Source: Selaginella moellendorffii (taxonomy: Eukaryota; Plantae; Lycopodiophyta). Taken from it: a stretch of DNA of 64,000 nucleotides. Location: assembly GCF_000143415.4 (NCBI RefSeq), contig NW_003314354.1:286575-350574 (forward strand), in the 5' to 3' direction. The notes below the pieces were generated by a model. The model did not search any database. It saw nothing but the letters and a program-made list of their open reading frames with translations, and had not been told where the DNA came from. The position numbers were made by a program, and so were the translations under genes. Positions 46,559-58,907 of this stretch are shown piece by piece. The number at the start of each line of letters is the position of its first letter. Position 1 is the stretch's first letter.

Positions 46559-46654
46559 TTGCGATGCTATGACGTAATCCCATGGGTTTGGAGGTTGGCA
46601 ATTCGATTTGTGTTTTCTTGCGATGCTATGACGTAATTCCATCGGTTTGGAGGT
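46559..46654 (+). repeat. Two ~37-bp direct repeats
   Basis: ttgcgatgctatgacgtaat.ccat.ggtttggaggt at ~46559 and ~46618. Confidence 0.8.
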
Positions 46655-47239
46655 GGTATTTTGGCTGCTACACGGAGTTAATCAGGGGAAAGGGGGATTA
46701 GGGAAAAGTGCCGATGGTGCTGGTTGTCATGGAGACTTGAAAGGTTCATTATCAACTGCTGGGGAATCCTTCATCTTCAAATACAAGAAGGTCCAGTTCT
46801 TGGTATTCCTAGAGCACCATGAAATCAGTGGATGTCGAGGTCTTGCTTCTGATGGCGTTACTGTTGGTTAATCGATGCTAATCGTTCAAAATGCTGGGGC
46901 AACTCCACCAACTCTAAGTTGAGCCGTGAGGACATTGCTGTGTTCTGGGCATCATTTGCTGCAACAAGCTTGATCTCTATGCACATTTCTGAGTTGATAG
47001 AAAGAGGCCTCGCTCCTTACTCTTCCTTCTTTTTTCATCTACTTCTCTTGAGTCGCTTGTTTTATTAGTTTTATTAGTTTTCGTTCAGATTGAACTGGGA
47101 CGTACACTACGTGTTGCAGAGATTGTGCTTGAGAATAAGTCATTTGTGGCATTGCAATGGCATATATCCTCTAATGACACCAAAGTTTTCGTTTGTTGCC
47201 ACGCCCAAAGGATCAAACTCTCGCAGCCAAAGCTAGCAA

Positions 47240-47725
47240 TGGGTGAGCGTCATCCACGAATCCAGCACGGCTACAAGCACTCAAAAGAGTGCTAAAGGTG
47301 ATGGTGTCCATCCATTCAGCCTCATCTCCCAGAACATCGTTAAAGACTCTTTGCTTCTTCCATTCTGAGGATAAGGACACGATATCACCATGGTTCCATC
47401 CATGGATCCTGGAACACTAGTATGGAGGCACTCAAGTCTCCACACTAGAGATTAACACATTTCTAAGCTTGTTTCTGGTATTCTTGCTTGCTGGTGTCTC
47501 CCAAAATCTGGAAGAGAAGAGACTTGGCTTGTGGCAAATTCCCCATACTGGCACAAGCATCAATCATTGCTAGTAGCTGAGATCATTGAGCTTGACACCA
47601 GTTTGATCCATGAGATTGGAAACTTTGAGAGCTCCATTGTAATTGCCATTCTGAATATAGGCCCCAATCAATGCATTGTAAGTTACAGCATTTCTTTGGC
47701 TTACATTCCAAAAGACCTCATAAGC
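47240..47725 (-). pseudogene. PPR pseudogene
   Basis: Minus-strand RNAVTYNALIGAYIQNGNYNGALKV, QNGRSKESLTMFWEMRLNG and ITFSTLLSACSRAGFVDDA, broken by frameshifts and stops. Confidence 0.8.
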
Positions 47726-47819
47726 TCATGATGATACAAAGTGGTTAAATTACTAGCACTTGCTTAGCATATGCTGCGCAGTTAGCAAAATACTGTTTTG
47801 ATTTTTCAATATATTAAAA

Positions 47820-50700
47820 CTAGCAGAGACCCCAGCTCCGCTGGGAGATATAGCATACCCAAGATCTTCTTTTCTAATTCTACAATGTTAAAAATTTTGA
47901 TTATATACAAGTTCAAATGATATTATATCAATTGTTATAAGATATAATTTCTTTCTCTTGATATCAATTGTTTAAATGCAAAAGACTGGCATTCTGGCCA
48001 TGCACAGCTCTACATGACTCAATGCCATACAACTCCAAACCATTGGGATGCCTTTGAAGGAAGACATCACTCGAGCTCTTCAGTCAACTTTGCTCCTGGA
48101 TTCAGCAAGACACAGGTGGCCTTGCATCCACAAACAATGAGCTCCTCCTGTACAAGTGCCTCTTTATGGGGCAAAACCGTCACAAAAAATGAATAAAAGC
48201 ATTTCAACCCTTTTACCATGTGTTTTAATCTAGGCAGTCATTTGAAAGTGATCAAATAGTAACTGCCCAAGTCCTCCATGTGAGAATGGAATTGAGAGAT
48301 AACATATAATAAGTAAAGAAAAGATTCTTAATCAGCAAATCAGCAAACATGACAACAGATGATGTACCTGCTGACAAATCTTGCAGATGGTGTCCTCTTT
48401 TTTGTTGCACCAGTGCTACACATGCGTTTGATGAGCATACTACCAAACACAAAAGAGAGAAAAAAAATGAGGAAGAGCCAGAAAATTGCTTAGAACTCTC
48501 AGACCACATATTATAGAAAATTATAAGATTATTAAGATCTAGAAAATTTCTGTTCAATCATAAAATTAAAATTAAATTATTAAACACAGCAACTATCTAA
48601 AGGAGAACATGATTATCAACAAACATAGATTATAAGACATATTAATATATTTTATAAACATAGATCTAGCACTTAAATAATAATATTGTTATATTTTTTT
48701 ATGGTACTATAATTAATAGAGTGTAATAACATTATCACTGCTAGATTATATATATTAATCTATATATGTGGTCTTAGAACTCTCAGACTAAGTATTTCAG
48801 TCTTCAAGATTAGCATTTTCTACAACATCCATCTTACATTATGTAAATATCATATAATAGTGTATTACAGAGTTCAGTAGTTATAACAGAATCCATAATC
48901 TTAGCAGAGACCCCAGCTCCACTGGGAGATATAACATACCCAAGATAATTAATTCTTCTTTTCTAATTTTACAATATTAGAAAATTTTATTATATATAAA
49001 GTTAAATTTATCTAAAATTTCCTAGTATTCATCTCCAAAGAAATGTACAATAATGTAAATAAATAATAATGCATGTTGGGGAAGTAAAATCATTTTTTAT
49101 TGTCATTAAATTTGAATTTGATGTTTTTATTGTCTTTATTTAAAAATGCACAACCCTAAATACATCTACAGGATTGCTGTCATGCTTTAAAAGCAATTAA
49201 ATTTTCACAAAACCAAAGAATCATAGACTACCAAAAAATAATAGATTAGTTTAGAGAAATTATAATTTTAATTGCATACTGAGTTAAATTCCTTTTATGT
49301 GAACTATAATGATGCCTCTAACATTCACACTTTACTAAATAAAAATAGAATTTCTATTATATGTCTGGTTTAACATTTTAAAACATACATAAATAAATCT
49401 ATCTAGCTTGCTACCACGTTTTGTTTTATTTGAGAAAACTCTGGAATTTCAACATTTTGGGAGGTCATCCTACTCTAACCCTAAGATATTAAACCCCCCG
49501 AGTATCCTAATACCCTTAACCAATTGGAATAAAATGTGCACTTTTATTTAAAAATCCTTTCCCTTTATATTTAATTTTATATATATCATCTTTCAAATTA
49601 TTCTTTTTTGTTGCATATAATCCACCATACTTCTTTTGTAAGTTTACACCCTCATGAATGAAAGCTTATAACCATCACTCTCCTAAGACCCGTGCTCTCT
49701 TGCCATAGCAAGGATCCCAGCTCTGCTGGGAATGTATCTTGGTTGGCAAACTTACTATTTTAAATGCATACAAGGTTAATTTGTCAAGAATTTACTACCA
49801 TCTATATTCATTGTATCGTGCATTCGTTATATCATTATGATTTATTAGTTGGTGGAACTGAAGATGGTTGGAATATTTATCATCTGGATGTCAAGCCATA
49901 AGAGATAGCAATGAGTAGTTTATANNNNNNNNNNNNNNNNNNNNNNNNNNNNNNNNNNNNNNNNNNNNNNNNNNNNNNNNNNNNNNNNNNNNNNNNNNNN
50001 NNNNNNNNNNNNNNNNNNNNNNNNTCTAGTCTTGTACTGTATTTTCTATTGTATCTACTATATACCCATCTTTGCACAACAAAATTATGTTTAATTTTAA
50101 TAATATAGTATTGAATCAATAAAATACTCTTTGTTCTGTAAAGGTTTTGTTCTATAGAACAATGAGTATGCTGAAATATTTTCAGGGAGATATATCATAC
50201 CCAAGATAAATAGATCTTCATTTTTAATTGTTCAATGTTAAAATTTTTGATTGTATGCAAGGTTAAATTTATCTTAATTTTGCAACTATTCATCTCCAGA
50301 GAAATGGAAAATAATGCAATTAGATAATGATGCAAATGTTTGGGAAGATAAGATCATATTTTAATCATCACTAAATTCGAAATTGAATTCTTCTATTGCC
50401 TTTATAAAAAAGTACAAAAACCTTAACACATTTACAAGATTGCTGCCATGATTTAAAATAAATTAAATGCTCATTAAAAAAAAATGTATACTAACAAAAC
50501 ATAATAGGTTAATTTTGGGAAATTATAATTTTGATTGCATATTGAGCTAAAGTGTTTTTATCTGAACTGTAATAATACCTTTAACATTAATTTTTACTTA
50601 ACTGTAATATTGCCTCTAAATTGCATAGTTTACTAAAGAATAATAAAATTTCTATTATATATTTGTTTTTACATTTAAAAATATACTTAAAGTAGATATA
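47820..50700 (-). mobile_element. Cluster of non-autonomous Helitron-like AT-rich elements (3' ends at ~47820, ~48901, ~49705; body copy at 50183-50700)
   Basis: Minus strand CCCAGC-GGA-GCTGGG hairpin, a short spacer, then CTAG|T at 47820. Near-identical ends at 48901-48930. 48925-49400 is repeated at 50183-50700. Confidence 0.6.
49925..50023. other. Assembly gap (N run)
   Basis: Run of Ns. Confidence 1.
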
Positions 50701-50909
50701 ATGTTCATCTTAACAAAAAACTGTAATAATGCTTTATGATAAAGCTATGGACTCCAATAAAAAATAAATTACTATTTACTTATTCAACACTACTCACTAA
50801 TAAGCAATTATATAAAGGTGAACATGATCACATATTAATATAGCTTATAAAATTATTATTGTTTTAAACTTGTCTTTAAATTCTATTATATTTATTTATC
50901 ACAAATGCA

Positions 50910-51639
50910 GCTTTGATCTAACGTATTTGGTGCTGGTTGTGAAGATGAACGATGCATTGATCGCTGCTGTTAAATAACTCAAAGGTGGAGACTACAAAGA
51001 TGACACGTACATTGGGCCCATGATATCCGAGTCACAAGATGCTATAGTGGAGAAGAGCGTGAACGGTGCAGTGAAGGCAGGCACTAAATTTTTTATTGGT
51101 GGTAAGCAAAGGGAGCTTTCATGGAGCCAATGATCCTGGAAGATGCTCCCTTTGACACGGACAGAAGGAAGGAAGAGATTTTCGGTCCTGTGATCCTTCT
51201 CTACTCATACAAGTCAGCTCTCAAAGTTTCTTAGCCACTGAAGTTCTTCTTTACTTCCTTTGTTTTTCTCTAAACTTAAACGGTGGTGACGCAGTGATTT
51301 CAAGGAAGCCGTGATGGAAGCTAACAACACGCATCACAGTCTCCAAGCCGGCGTCTTTACGTGTGATCTAAACAAGGCCTTCTATGCATTTCAGCATATA
51401 GAGGTAGCTTTGCATTTGAGATATAGAAAGTATTGATCAACTGTTTGATAATTATTTGATCCTCACAGGCTGGAGGAGTTTGCCTCAACGATTCGCCAAG
51501 CATGTGCGTTGATAGCCAGCCATATGGTGGGATCAAAGACTCTGGAATCCAACGAGAGGGTGTCAAGTACGCGATGGACAACATGCTCGAAACCAAAGTT
51601 TTAGTCATGTGCAATGTAGGCAACGCGTCTTACTTTTGA
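50910..51639 (+). pseudogene. 3' fragment of an aldehyde dehydrogenase (ALDH21-like), introns retained
   Basis: DTYIGPMISE, KEEIFGPVILL, EAVMEANNTHHSLQAGVFT, GGVCLNDSPS..DSQPYGGIKDSGIQREGVKYAM. Frameshift near 51115; 5' half absent. Confidence 0.85.
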
Positions 51640-51749
51640 TCAAGCTCGAGCTCGAGCTTTCGAGAAGAGTAAATACAGTCTATCCACAAATCATTGCCGA
51701 GTTGTCCTCGTTTGCTCGCTCACTCTCTAGCACCATCAACCTTTTACCT

Positions 51750-52327
51750 TTAGGATGGAGAATGCTTGTCTATAAACTCCTGGGAGAAGGTCCATAGCTT
51801 GTGAGCGAGCTCGGGATCTCTGCCATAAGCGCTACAGTTGGATTTGTTGGAATCCACGAAGTATTGCCCAGTGACGTCCTTGAGGCTTGGATGTAAAGCC
51901 ACGTATCACGTTGTAGCAGCGCCCTGAGAGATCGATCACATATTAGTCACAAAAAACTTCCAGATTATTGGGAGAATTCTTCTTACCTATGGCACATTTT
52001 TCCAAAGGAAGCTGGAGAAGAACTTGAGAACCCCTGCATGAAGATCAAAGTTCCATAAGTAACCAAAAACAATGACAAGGCAAAGAGACAAACTCATTAT
52101 GTAGAATGTGTACCGCATCAAAGGTGTCATTATAAACCCTGGATGAACAGCGTTGGCTGTGATGTCAACTCCTTCGGCTTAATCAGTGAAAGAGAAAGCA
52201 TTGACGAAAGAGAAAGGCGGGAGAGATTTCAAAGCATTAGACGAATACCTTGAATCTCATTGCCAGTTCTTTGGCGTGGAAGATGTTTGCGAGCTTGGAT
52301 TGACGGTATGCTCTAGTGTCGGAGTAC
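51750..52327 (-). pseudogene. 3' fragment of a short-chain dehydrogenase/reductase (Tic32/retinol-DH-like)
   Basis: RAYRQSKLANIFHAKELA|..ITANAVHPGFIMT..|GAATT..VALHPSLKDVTGQYFVD..LAHKLWTFS. Stops present. Confidence 0.85.
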
Positions 52328-52387
52328 CTTTTGGAAGAAAAAAGGAAGAATGTAAGCTCACGAGAAAAGAGAACTGTTTGGTGTACT

Positions 52388-52549
52388 AATGACGAGATTC
52401 CCAGGTGCCTTGACAGTTTCACCACCTGCTTGAGCAGCCATTGACAAGCTGTCCTTTCCACCTTCTATTGCGACCTCAAGCTCGATCATAGTGTCGCGAA
52501 GAGCAACAGCAGCATTGTACATATGTGCTCCTTCGGAATCAAGCTCAAC
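52388..52549 (-). pseudogene. Isolated fragment of FGAM synthase (PurL/PUR4)
   Basis: LDSEGAHMYNAAVALRDTMIELEVAIEGGKDSLSMAAQAGGETVKAPGNLVIS. Confidence 0.85.
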
Positions 52550-52650
52550 CTGCAAAGTCAAACATATCATAAGGTGAAATATCCTTGACAAAAAAAAAAG
52601 TTCTGGCTGAGCTGCAGGATGCTCATCAATGCTCTGGTATCAATTTATAT

Positions 52651-52677
52651 TCCAGCAGAGCTGGAGTCTCTGCTATA
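52651..52677 (+). mobile_element. Helitron-like 3' terminus in plus orientation
   Basis: TCCAGC-AGA-GCTGGA-GTCTCTGCTAT, the same hairpin and spacer as the ends at 47820 and 48901. Confidence 0.5.
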
Positions 52678-53569
52678 ATAGTACTGCAAGATAGGAATAA
52701 AGCGGGTAGGTAGAGAACAAAAATAAGTGCCCATTCCATAGCCAGGAGAAAAAGCTATTTTGATTCACTAAGATCAAGGTACAGTTCAGTATAGTACTTT
52801 TTTCTTTTATAATTACAAAACTTTTTAAACTCTTACAGATTTGAAAACTCATGGCCTCTGTTGTGGCAAGAAACTGTGCTGTTGGGATCCAAGGCAGTCC
52901 TCCTACAAACACCAGATAAAGTAATAATAGCACTAATAATAAATATTCACCTATAGCCAGCAAAGAAGTAATGGACGACAATGAAGATTTGAAGCTTGGC
53001 AAGCTTGTCGGACCCATATCTCGTTACCCATTATACTTTTAGCATTGACCATTGAGCGTCATATACCAAAAGAAGGAAAACAAGAAGAAAAAGAAGGGCA
53101 GAACATCGTGAAGAAGAAGAAAAAGCAAAAATCTTAAGAAACAGAACAAAGTGAAAGCTTGGAAATGGAATAGAAAATGCGGCCTACAGACATATGTCCT
53201 TTCAGAACCTTTCTTTAGTTGGCTGAATTTTCCTATTTCTTGTGCAGAGGTTCAACTTTGTCAAACTATGAGCGCTAGCTTCCCTGGATTTGGATGATGT
53301 CAAAGGATTTCTTAAGCATGGAAACACTCATTAGAGGCAGCAGACACGGTTTGTGACGGCTTAACCTGGACTATAAGAGCCTTGTATCAGTGACCCACTT
53401 CATCACGGAACGACTCTCATCTTCAGATCATCGATTACTGCCAAGAAAATTCGAGGAGGAAGAAGACATGCCAAGCTGCAATACCTGAGGATGGGAAGTT
53501 GGAGAGGGAACATTTTGGTTTTGCTTCTGCTGTCTCTGAGCTAGTGTTTTGGATCATGATGAGAGTGGA

Positions 53570-54050
53570 GGATACAAGAATGGCTACCACAGTTACTCGA
53601 GATCCTGTCCTCAAGCCAAGAGAATCATCAGGGACACTCTGAGCAAGCACACCGATTGGGACAGGACGATACCAGCAGGAGTTCTTCGCTTGCACTTCCA
53701 CGACTGTTTCATCGACAGGAGTAGCTTTGCAAGATTTAAATTCTTGTCTTCTAACTTTGCTGTTCTTCAGGACTGTGATGGATCGGTTCTTCTCGACTGA
53801 TGGAAGTAAAGTGTAAAAGTTGTCCCTTCCAAGCCTCATGTCTGCCAAGAGCTTCATTTTTGTCCTGGTGTTGTCTCCTGCGCTGACACTCTTGCCATAG
53901 CTGCCAGAGATTCAACCGTCATGGTAAGTTTAGCATCTTTTATCAAGTTCTAAGATGGAGAGAAAAGTATTACCAAGTCCCAACTGGATGCTACGACGGA
54001 AGAGTTTCCATCCAGGAAAACAGCAACACCTTACAATCTCCGTTTGGGGA
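53570..54050 (+). pseudogene. Class III peroxidase pseudogene
   Basis: YSRSCPQAKRII..AGVLRLHFHDCFI|CDGSVLLD*..CPGVVSCADTLAIAARDS|PTGCYDGRVS. Confidence 0.88.
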
Positions 54051-56089
54051 TGCATCAGCTCTCATTAAAAACACTGGATATTTCAATTGGCTCCAAAACT
54101 GTAAAACAGTTGTAAATCACAAAATTTATGAACCAGCCAGTTCTCGCCTCTATAGGATGATCCTTTTGACAGCAGAATAGTACGCAATGGCCAACTCAAT
54201 CCAGGGCACTGGAATTTGAAGACATTGCAGCCAATTCTTGGAGATCTTCCCCATCTACAAGAACAAACAATGGAGGCTGAAGTGGAATCCAGTGAAGTTT
54301 ACCTTCCATGTACCAACTTATAGCATGGCAGGAGCGTCCCGCAGCCAAGTCGTGGTGTAGGCGTACTTCATCATGAGATTGAGCAGTGGCCGCTCCATCA
54401 CCTGCTCTTGATTCGACACAAACACATCCAGCCGAAACCAGAGTCACTCGTGGGACTCGATGTCTGTGACACAGGAACGCCACCTGTTTACTCCTCCCAT
54501 TTTCTCCTTGGCCTCGTTCTGGATGAAGGCCCGGTCCTCGAGGATGGCAGCATCCATGCTCTTTTTGCAGCGATGCTCCTCTCGCCCCATGTTTGCCCCA
54601 ATCTGCCCGATCGCCCTAAAAAATTTCACTTGATTTGGAGCGTCATTAAAATCACATTGAAGCGTTGCCACCCCTTTGGCACTTGATCTATGCCATTTAT
54701 TTCAAGTTTTTGAATTTGAACCGTTAGATTATAAGTATATTCAGAAATAATATTCTAAAAATGGAATAAAAGACGCCGGATGCCATATGCCAATAGCACG
54801 TTTAAATAAGGGAGTATGATTAAAATTGGAATAGTATCAAAACAACAAATATTGTATTTCACTTTGAAAGAAGAATTTAGGGAATTATGCTAAAAAATGC
54901 TAGATGAATACAAAATCTAATTCTTGTAAACTTGATAATATAAATATTTAGAACAAAATATATTTTTAAATATTCATTAATAAAAATATTAGATACAAAT
55001 TATTATTTGGAAATATGAATATATTTAGAAACATACCTAACCCAGAGAAAAGTAAAAATGAATTTTATATTATTAATAATATGGTATATGTAAATTATAT
55101 TTTTACTTAGGATAAACTTATATTAAGATTTTATCAAATAAAAGAGAATAATTACTGCAAGACATTACTTAATTATGTATTTTAATTAGAATATAGAACA
55201 ATAAGTTTTTAAGAAAATTAATATATTACAACCCAAATACAGTCAAGAAAATAATTATTGTTATATATATATGTTACAGAAACTATAAATTCAAATATTA
55301 TATTCCATAGTATTATACACAATAAATTATATTTATAGTTAGGAAAAAGATTTCGAAATATTACTGACTAATCAAATATTACATACATAATCTTAGTTTT
55401 TTTATAATGAGTTAGATTATAAATAGCTAAGGCTATATATAAAAATATAATACATACTCTTATTGTTAAAGTTGTTTAATTTTTTTGTATTAACAGTTGA
55501 AGATTTGATTATAGTCTTACACATTCATAAAATTAAGTCAACCCACATCTGATATACCATCACCTAGTATTAGGTTCTATATGTTTTAGTAATATTTAGA
55601 TAAACCATTTGTACAGAATATAATTTTCTTATTATATTTGTAAATACTGTTAAATTAAATTATAAAAGTTAATTTTGACCTAAAATATTCAAATATTCTA
55701 ATACTTTATAAAACAAAATAATTTTAGGTAAATTTGATTATTTTATTCATAAAGAATTAAAAATAAAGTTATTCACATAATAGAATATTCACTCTCTTAG
55801 GGTAACCCATTAATCAAAATAAATCTCTACCAGTTTTGGATTTTGATCTAGTGATGCCACCAAAGACATACATAATCTATTACCTCATGGTACAACTTGT
55901 CATTGGTTAAATTAGCAAGAGCATTATGTATTGCCACCTGGATAACTTAAAATCTTTTGATACCACACTCCATTACCATGGTAGCATAATTAGCAAGAGA
56001 TAGAACTTATTATCAGAGTCTGGCCAGCAATCAACACCTAGTGTCCCAATCTCTACACCCTTAAATTCACATGGTAAAGAAAGTAAAAA

Positions 56090-56590
56090 ATTTACCATAT
56101 TGATGACCATGTGGATCTGCCAGAATGAGAAGCATATGAGCCATGAATGCCCCTCCTCTAGTGTTAGTGGCTGAGAAACTACATGCCAAGCAATTTTTCA
56201 ATATGATGCCCAACATAATCTTCCCAGCACTAGGCATAACAATAAGCCCAAGAAAAATCACAAAGAACATTACCATCCAAGTATAAACTCAAGCTAGGAC
56301 TAATTGTTATAACTACTACTACAAATTTTGACTCCTTCACTTTTGCATTCTCTAGAACTTGTGCTGCCACCTAAAGAACATAAAATAATTCTCAAAACTT
56401 CCATTGAAAAGAGAATAGCTTACTTTTTCAATTGTTTTTTTGTGGTTTAGACATGTTGCTAGAGGCATCACACCACCGCTAGTGACTGGATATGAAGTTT
56501 GAGAAAATACAATCTCACTACAAGAAAATCCACTTACAACAGCAGCTCCAATGGCATCACAACTCATCTCAATTCCCAAAACAGGCAGCA
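56090..56590 (-). pseudogene. GCP1/TsaD (organellar t6A synthase) pseudogene fragment
   Basis: VLGIEMSCDAIGAAV (cf. VLGIETSCDDTAAAV) and GGVMPLA...H...IEKV (cf. GGVxP..A..AH...ID.VV). Heavily degraded. Confidence 0.65.
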
Positions 56591-58641
56591 AACCAGCAGC
56601 GAGAAAAGAAAGGTGCCATGCAGGGATTTGTACATTTGGGATGAATGTGAGGTGTCATTGCTAGGGATTGGCAAGAGCATGTGCCATAACTCACAAAACC
56701 CTAATTTGAGGGAAAGAGATTCAAATATAAATTTGAATCACAATCTAAAGGCACCAATAGTCAAGCCTACTGTCATAGTAAACACTCTCCACTAAACCTT
56801 GGTCTCCATTGCAAAAGGTTGAGTGTCAATGTTGGTCAACACTTTACATATGACATGTGTAGTAGTGCTTTCTTCGAGAAAAGAGGAGCCTTTGCCACAA
56901 ACATTGGAACACTTTGCTAGCTAGATCAACCAACAGCCTAGATTGATTTGTGTTTCTCAGAATTCTAGAATATTCTTACAATGAAGCAGAATATGCTCCT
57001 TCAAGAATATCTTTATGTGCTATAGAAGATTCTCACAAAAACCCAACATGCTAGATTTGGATTTGTCAATAACTACTTGGATGTTCTTGGCACCAAATTT
57101 TCAAAGAAGCCAATTTAAGCTACAATCACAGACTATCAAACCAAAGGTTTAATCAACATATGAATACCGTTAGAATCAATGGCTTGGATTGAGTGAGCAG
57201 GCTGTGTGGAGGTCCAAATAGCTAAATCTTTGTCCATAGAGAACTATTAGATCTCATACCAACTAGCAAGCCAATCGAACAGACTTCCTTTTTCCCTTGT
57301 CCCTATGTCTCTCTTTAAGAGCAAGGGTTAATTTGGCGTTGTATGGGTAGTGGGGTTTTGGATTGGAGATTGCAATCAATCTACCTAGGGTATGGATTTC
57401 TGAACAGAATCCTTGCAATTTCTTGCATTGTTTCGCGGGATTCCTGCATTGTTGCTGTGATAATGTGCACTTTGGTGCTTGTTTTTTGTGATTTGATGCT
57501 CTAATGGGATTATTAGAATGCCACTTCTCAAAATCATGCCGCTTTTCAGATAAATAATGTGATGTCTCAGCATCCGAGAAGGCCTTGAACAATTTGGGAG
57601 GCAATGGATTTTCGAGCTTCGCGCAGGCTTAGAGCAAATCAGATTCCTCTTTGTTCGATAATGTAAGCAACTAAATTTTTTATTCTACTTTAATCACTTA
57701 ATCACACCTCTGACCACTTGGAAGAGTCTCACTCACAACCTCCTTAAGTCCTATTCCGGACTTGGGGCTTGTTAGCCTCGAGAATGGCATCTATACCACT
57801 CAACTTTTGCACTTGGTCCAAGTGCTCCACATGTCTGATCCCATAACCAACACCCAAAGGTATCACTGATATATCAGCCCATTACGCTAAAGCCATGCTC
57901 ATTCACTTTTGTCATACCGGTGATCTAACACCACCTACATCATAGTCCCATTTTTCAAAAACTGGGCCATCCATCCATGAATGATCATCCTAGATCCACT
58001 CCTTAACATCCTTAGGATGCCCACAAACATGGGGAACAACCTTCCCCAATATCCCTTTTTTGGTCCTACTAAGTGTTTTTCGATTTGTGGTTCGCCAACA
58101 TTGCCACTAAATCAAGGTTTACAAGTTCGACTACTAAGTCCCATTGTCCTCTAGGACTTCTTCACTATATGAACATATCTTTGGCCATTACACCAGAGGA
58201 CTACTTTTCTTCCTTTCCATAGTTTTCTTTTCTTTTCAAGACTTTTGGAATAACATTTTGGAACACCATGGCTCTACACAAACCTTATAGGTACTCTCCC
58301 CACTTTTCACCTTTGGATGCTCTAGCTATGGGGCTAAAGTGAGGTTCCGTTGAGCCACGCTATGCATCCAAGTAAGTAGTGCCACCCACATTTGAACTAA
58401 GAGCATTGATTATTCGATCTTCTAGAGGAACTAAAGCCGCCTCTTGAACATTTCACCAAGCTACCCCATTTGTTAATCCATATTCACTCTAGCTTTGGAC
58501 TCCTTAGTGGATATATCATCATCCAACACATGGGCATAGGTCACATTAACATTCCATATTCTTCCTACTATACTTTGGGAACCCCCTATAGCCCCTAGGG
58601 GATGATTACTTTGGGTTTTCACCCAATAGCCTGTATTAGTA

Positions 58642-58907
58642 TTCGGACTCAGATTTGGACTCGGACTTGGACTCAGCTTTGACTCAAATTCGGACTCGGT
58701 TTTAGTCTTGGTTCCATCTCGGACTCCATCCTGGGTCCATCTCGGACTTCATCTCAAGTCCATCTCGGACTCCATCTTAGACTCCATCTCAGGTCCATCT
58801 CGGACTCCATCTCATGTCCATCTTGGACTCCATCTCAGGTCCATCTTAGACTCCATCTCAGACTCTATCTTAGATCCATCTTAGATTCCATCTTAGACTC
58901 CATCTCA
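58642..58907. repeat. Minisatellite of 6/12-bp units (GACTCCATCTCA / GGTCCATCTCG)
   Basis: Many tandem units visible. The minus strand would read EMES/EMDL repeats. Confidence 0.85.

Noticed and set aside
46559-46654. 37-bp direct repeats as a CRISPR-like array
   Set aside because: Only two units, eukaryotic context, no cas genes.
52388-52549. purH plus a purL fragment as a purine biosynthesis cluster
   Set aside because: The purL piece is a ~160-bp orphan fragment 47 kb away; most likely coincidence.
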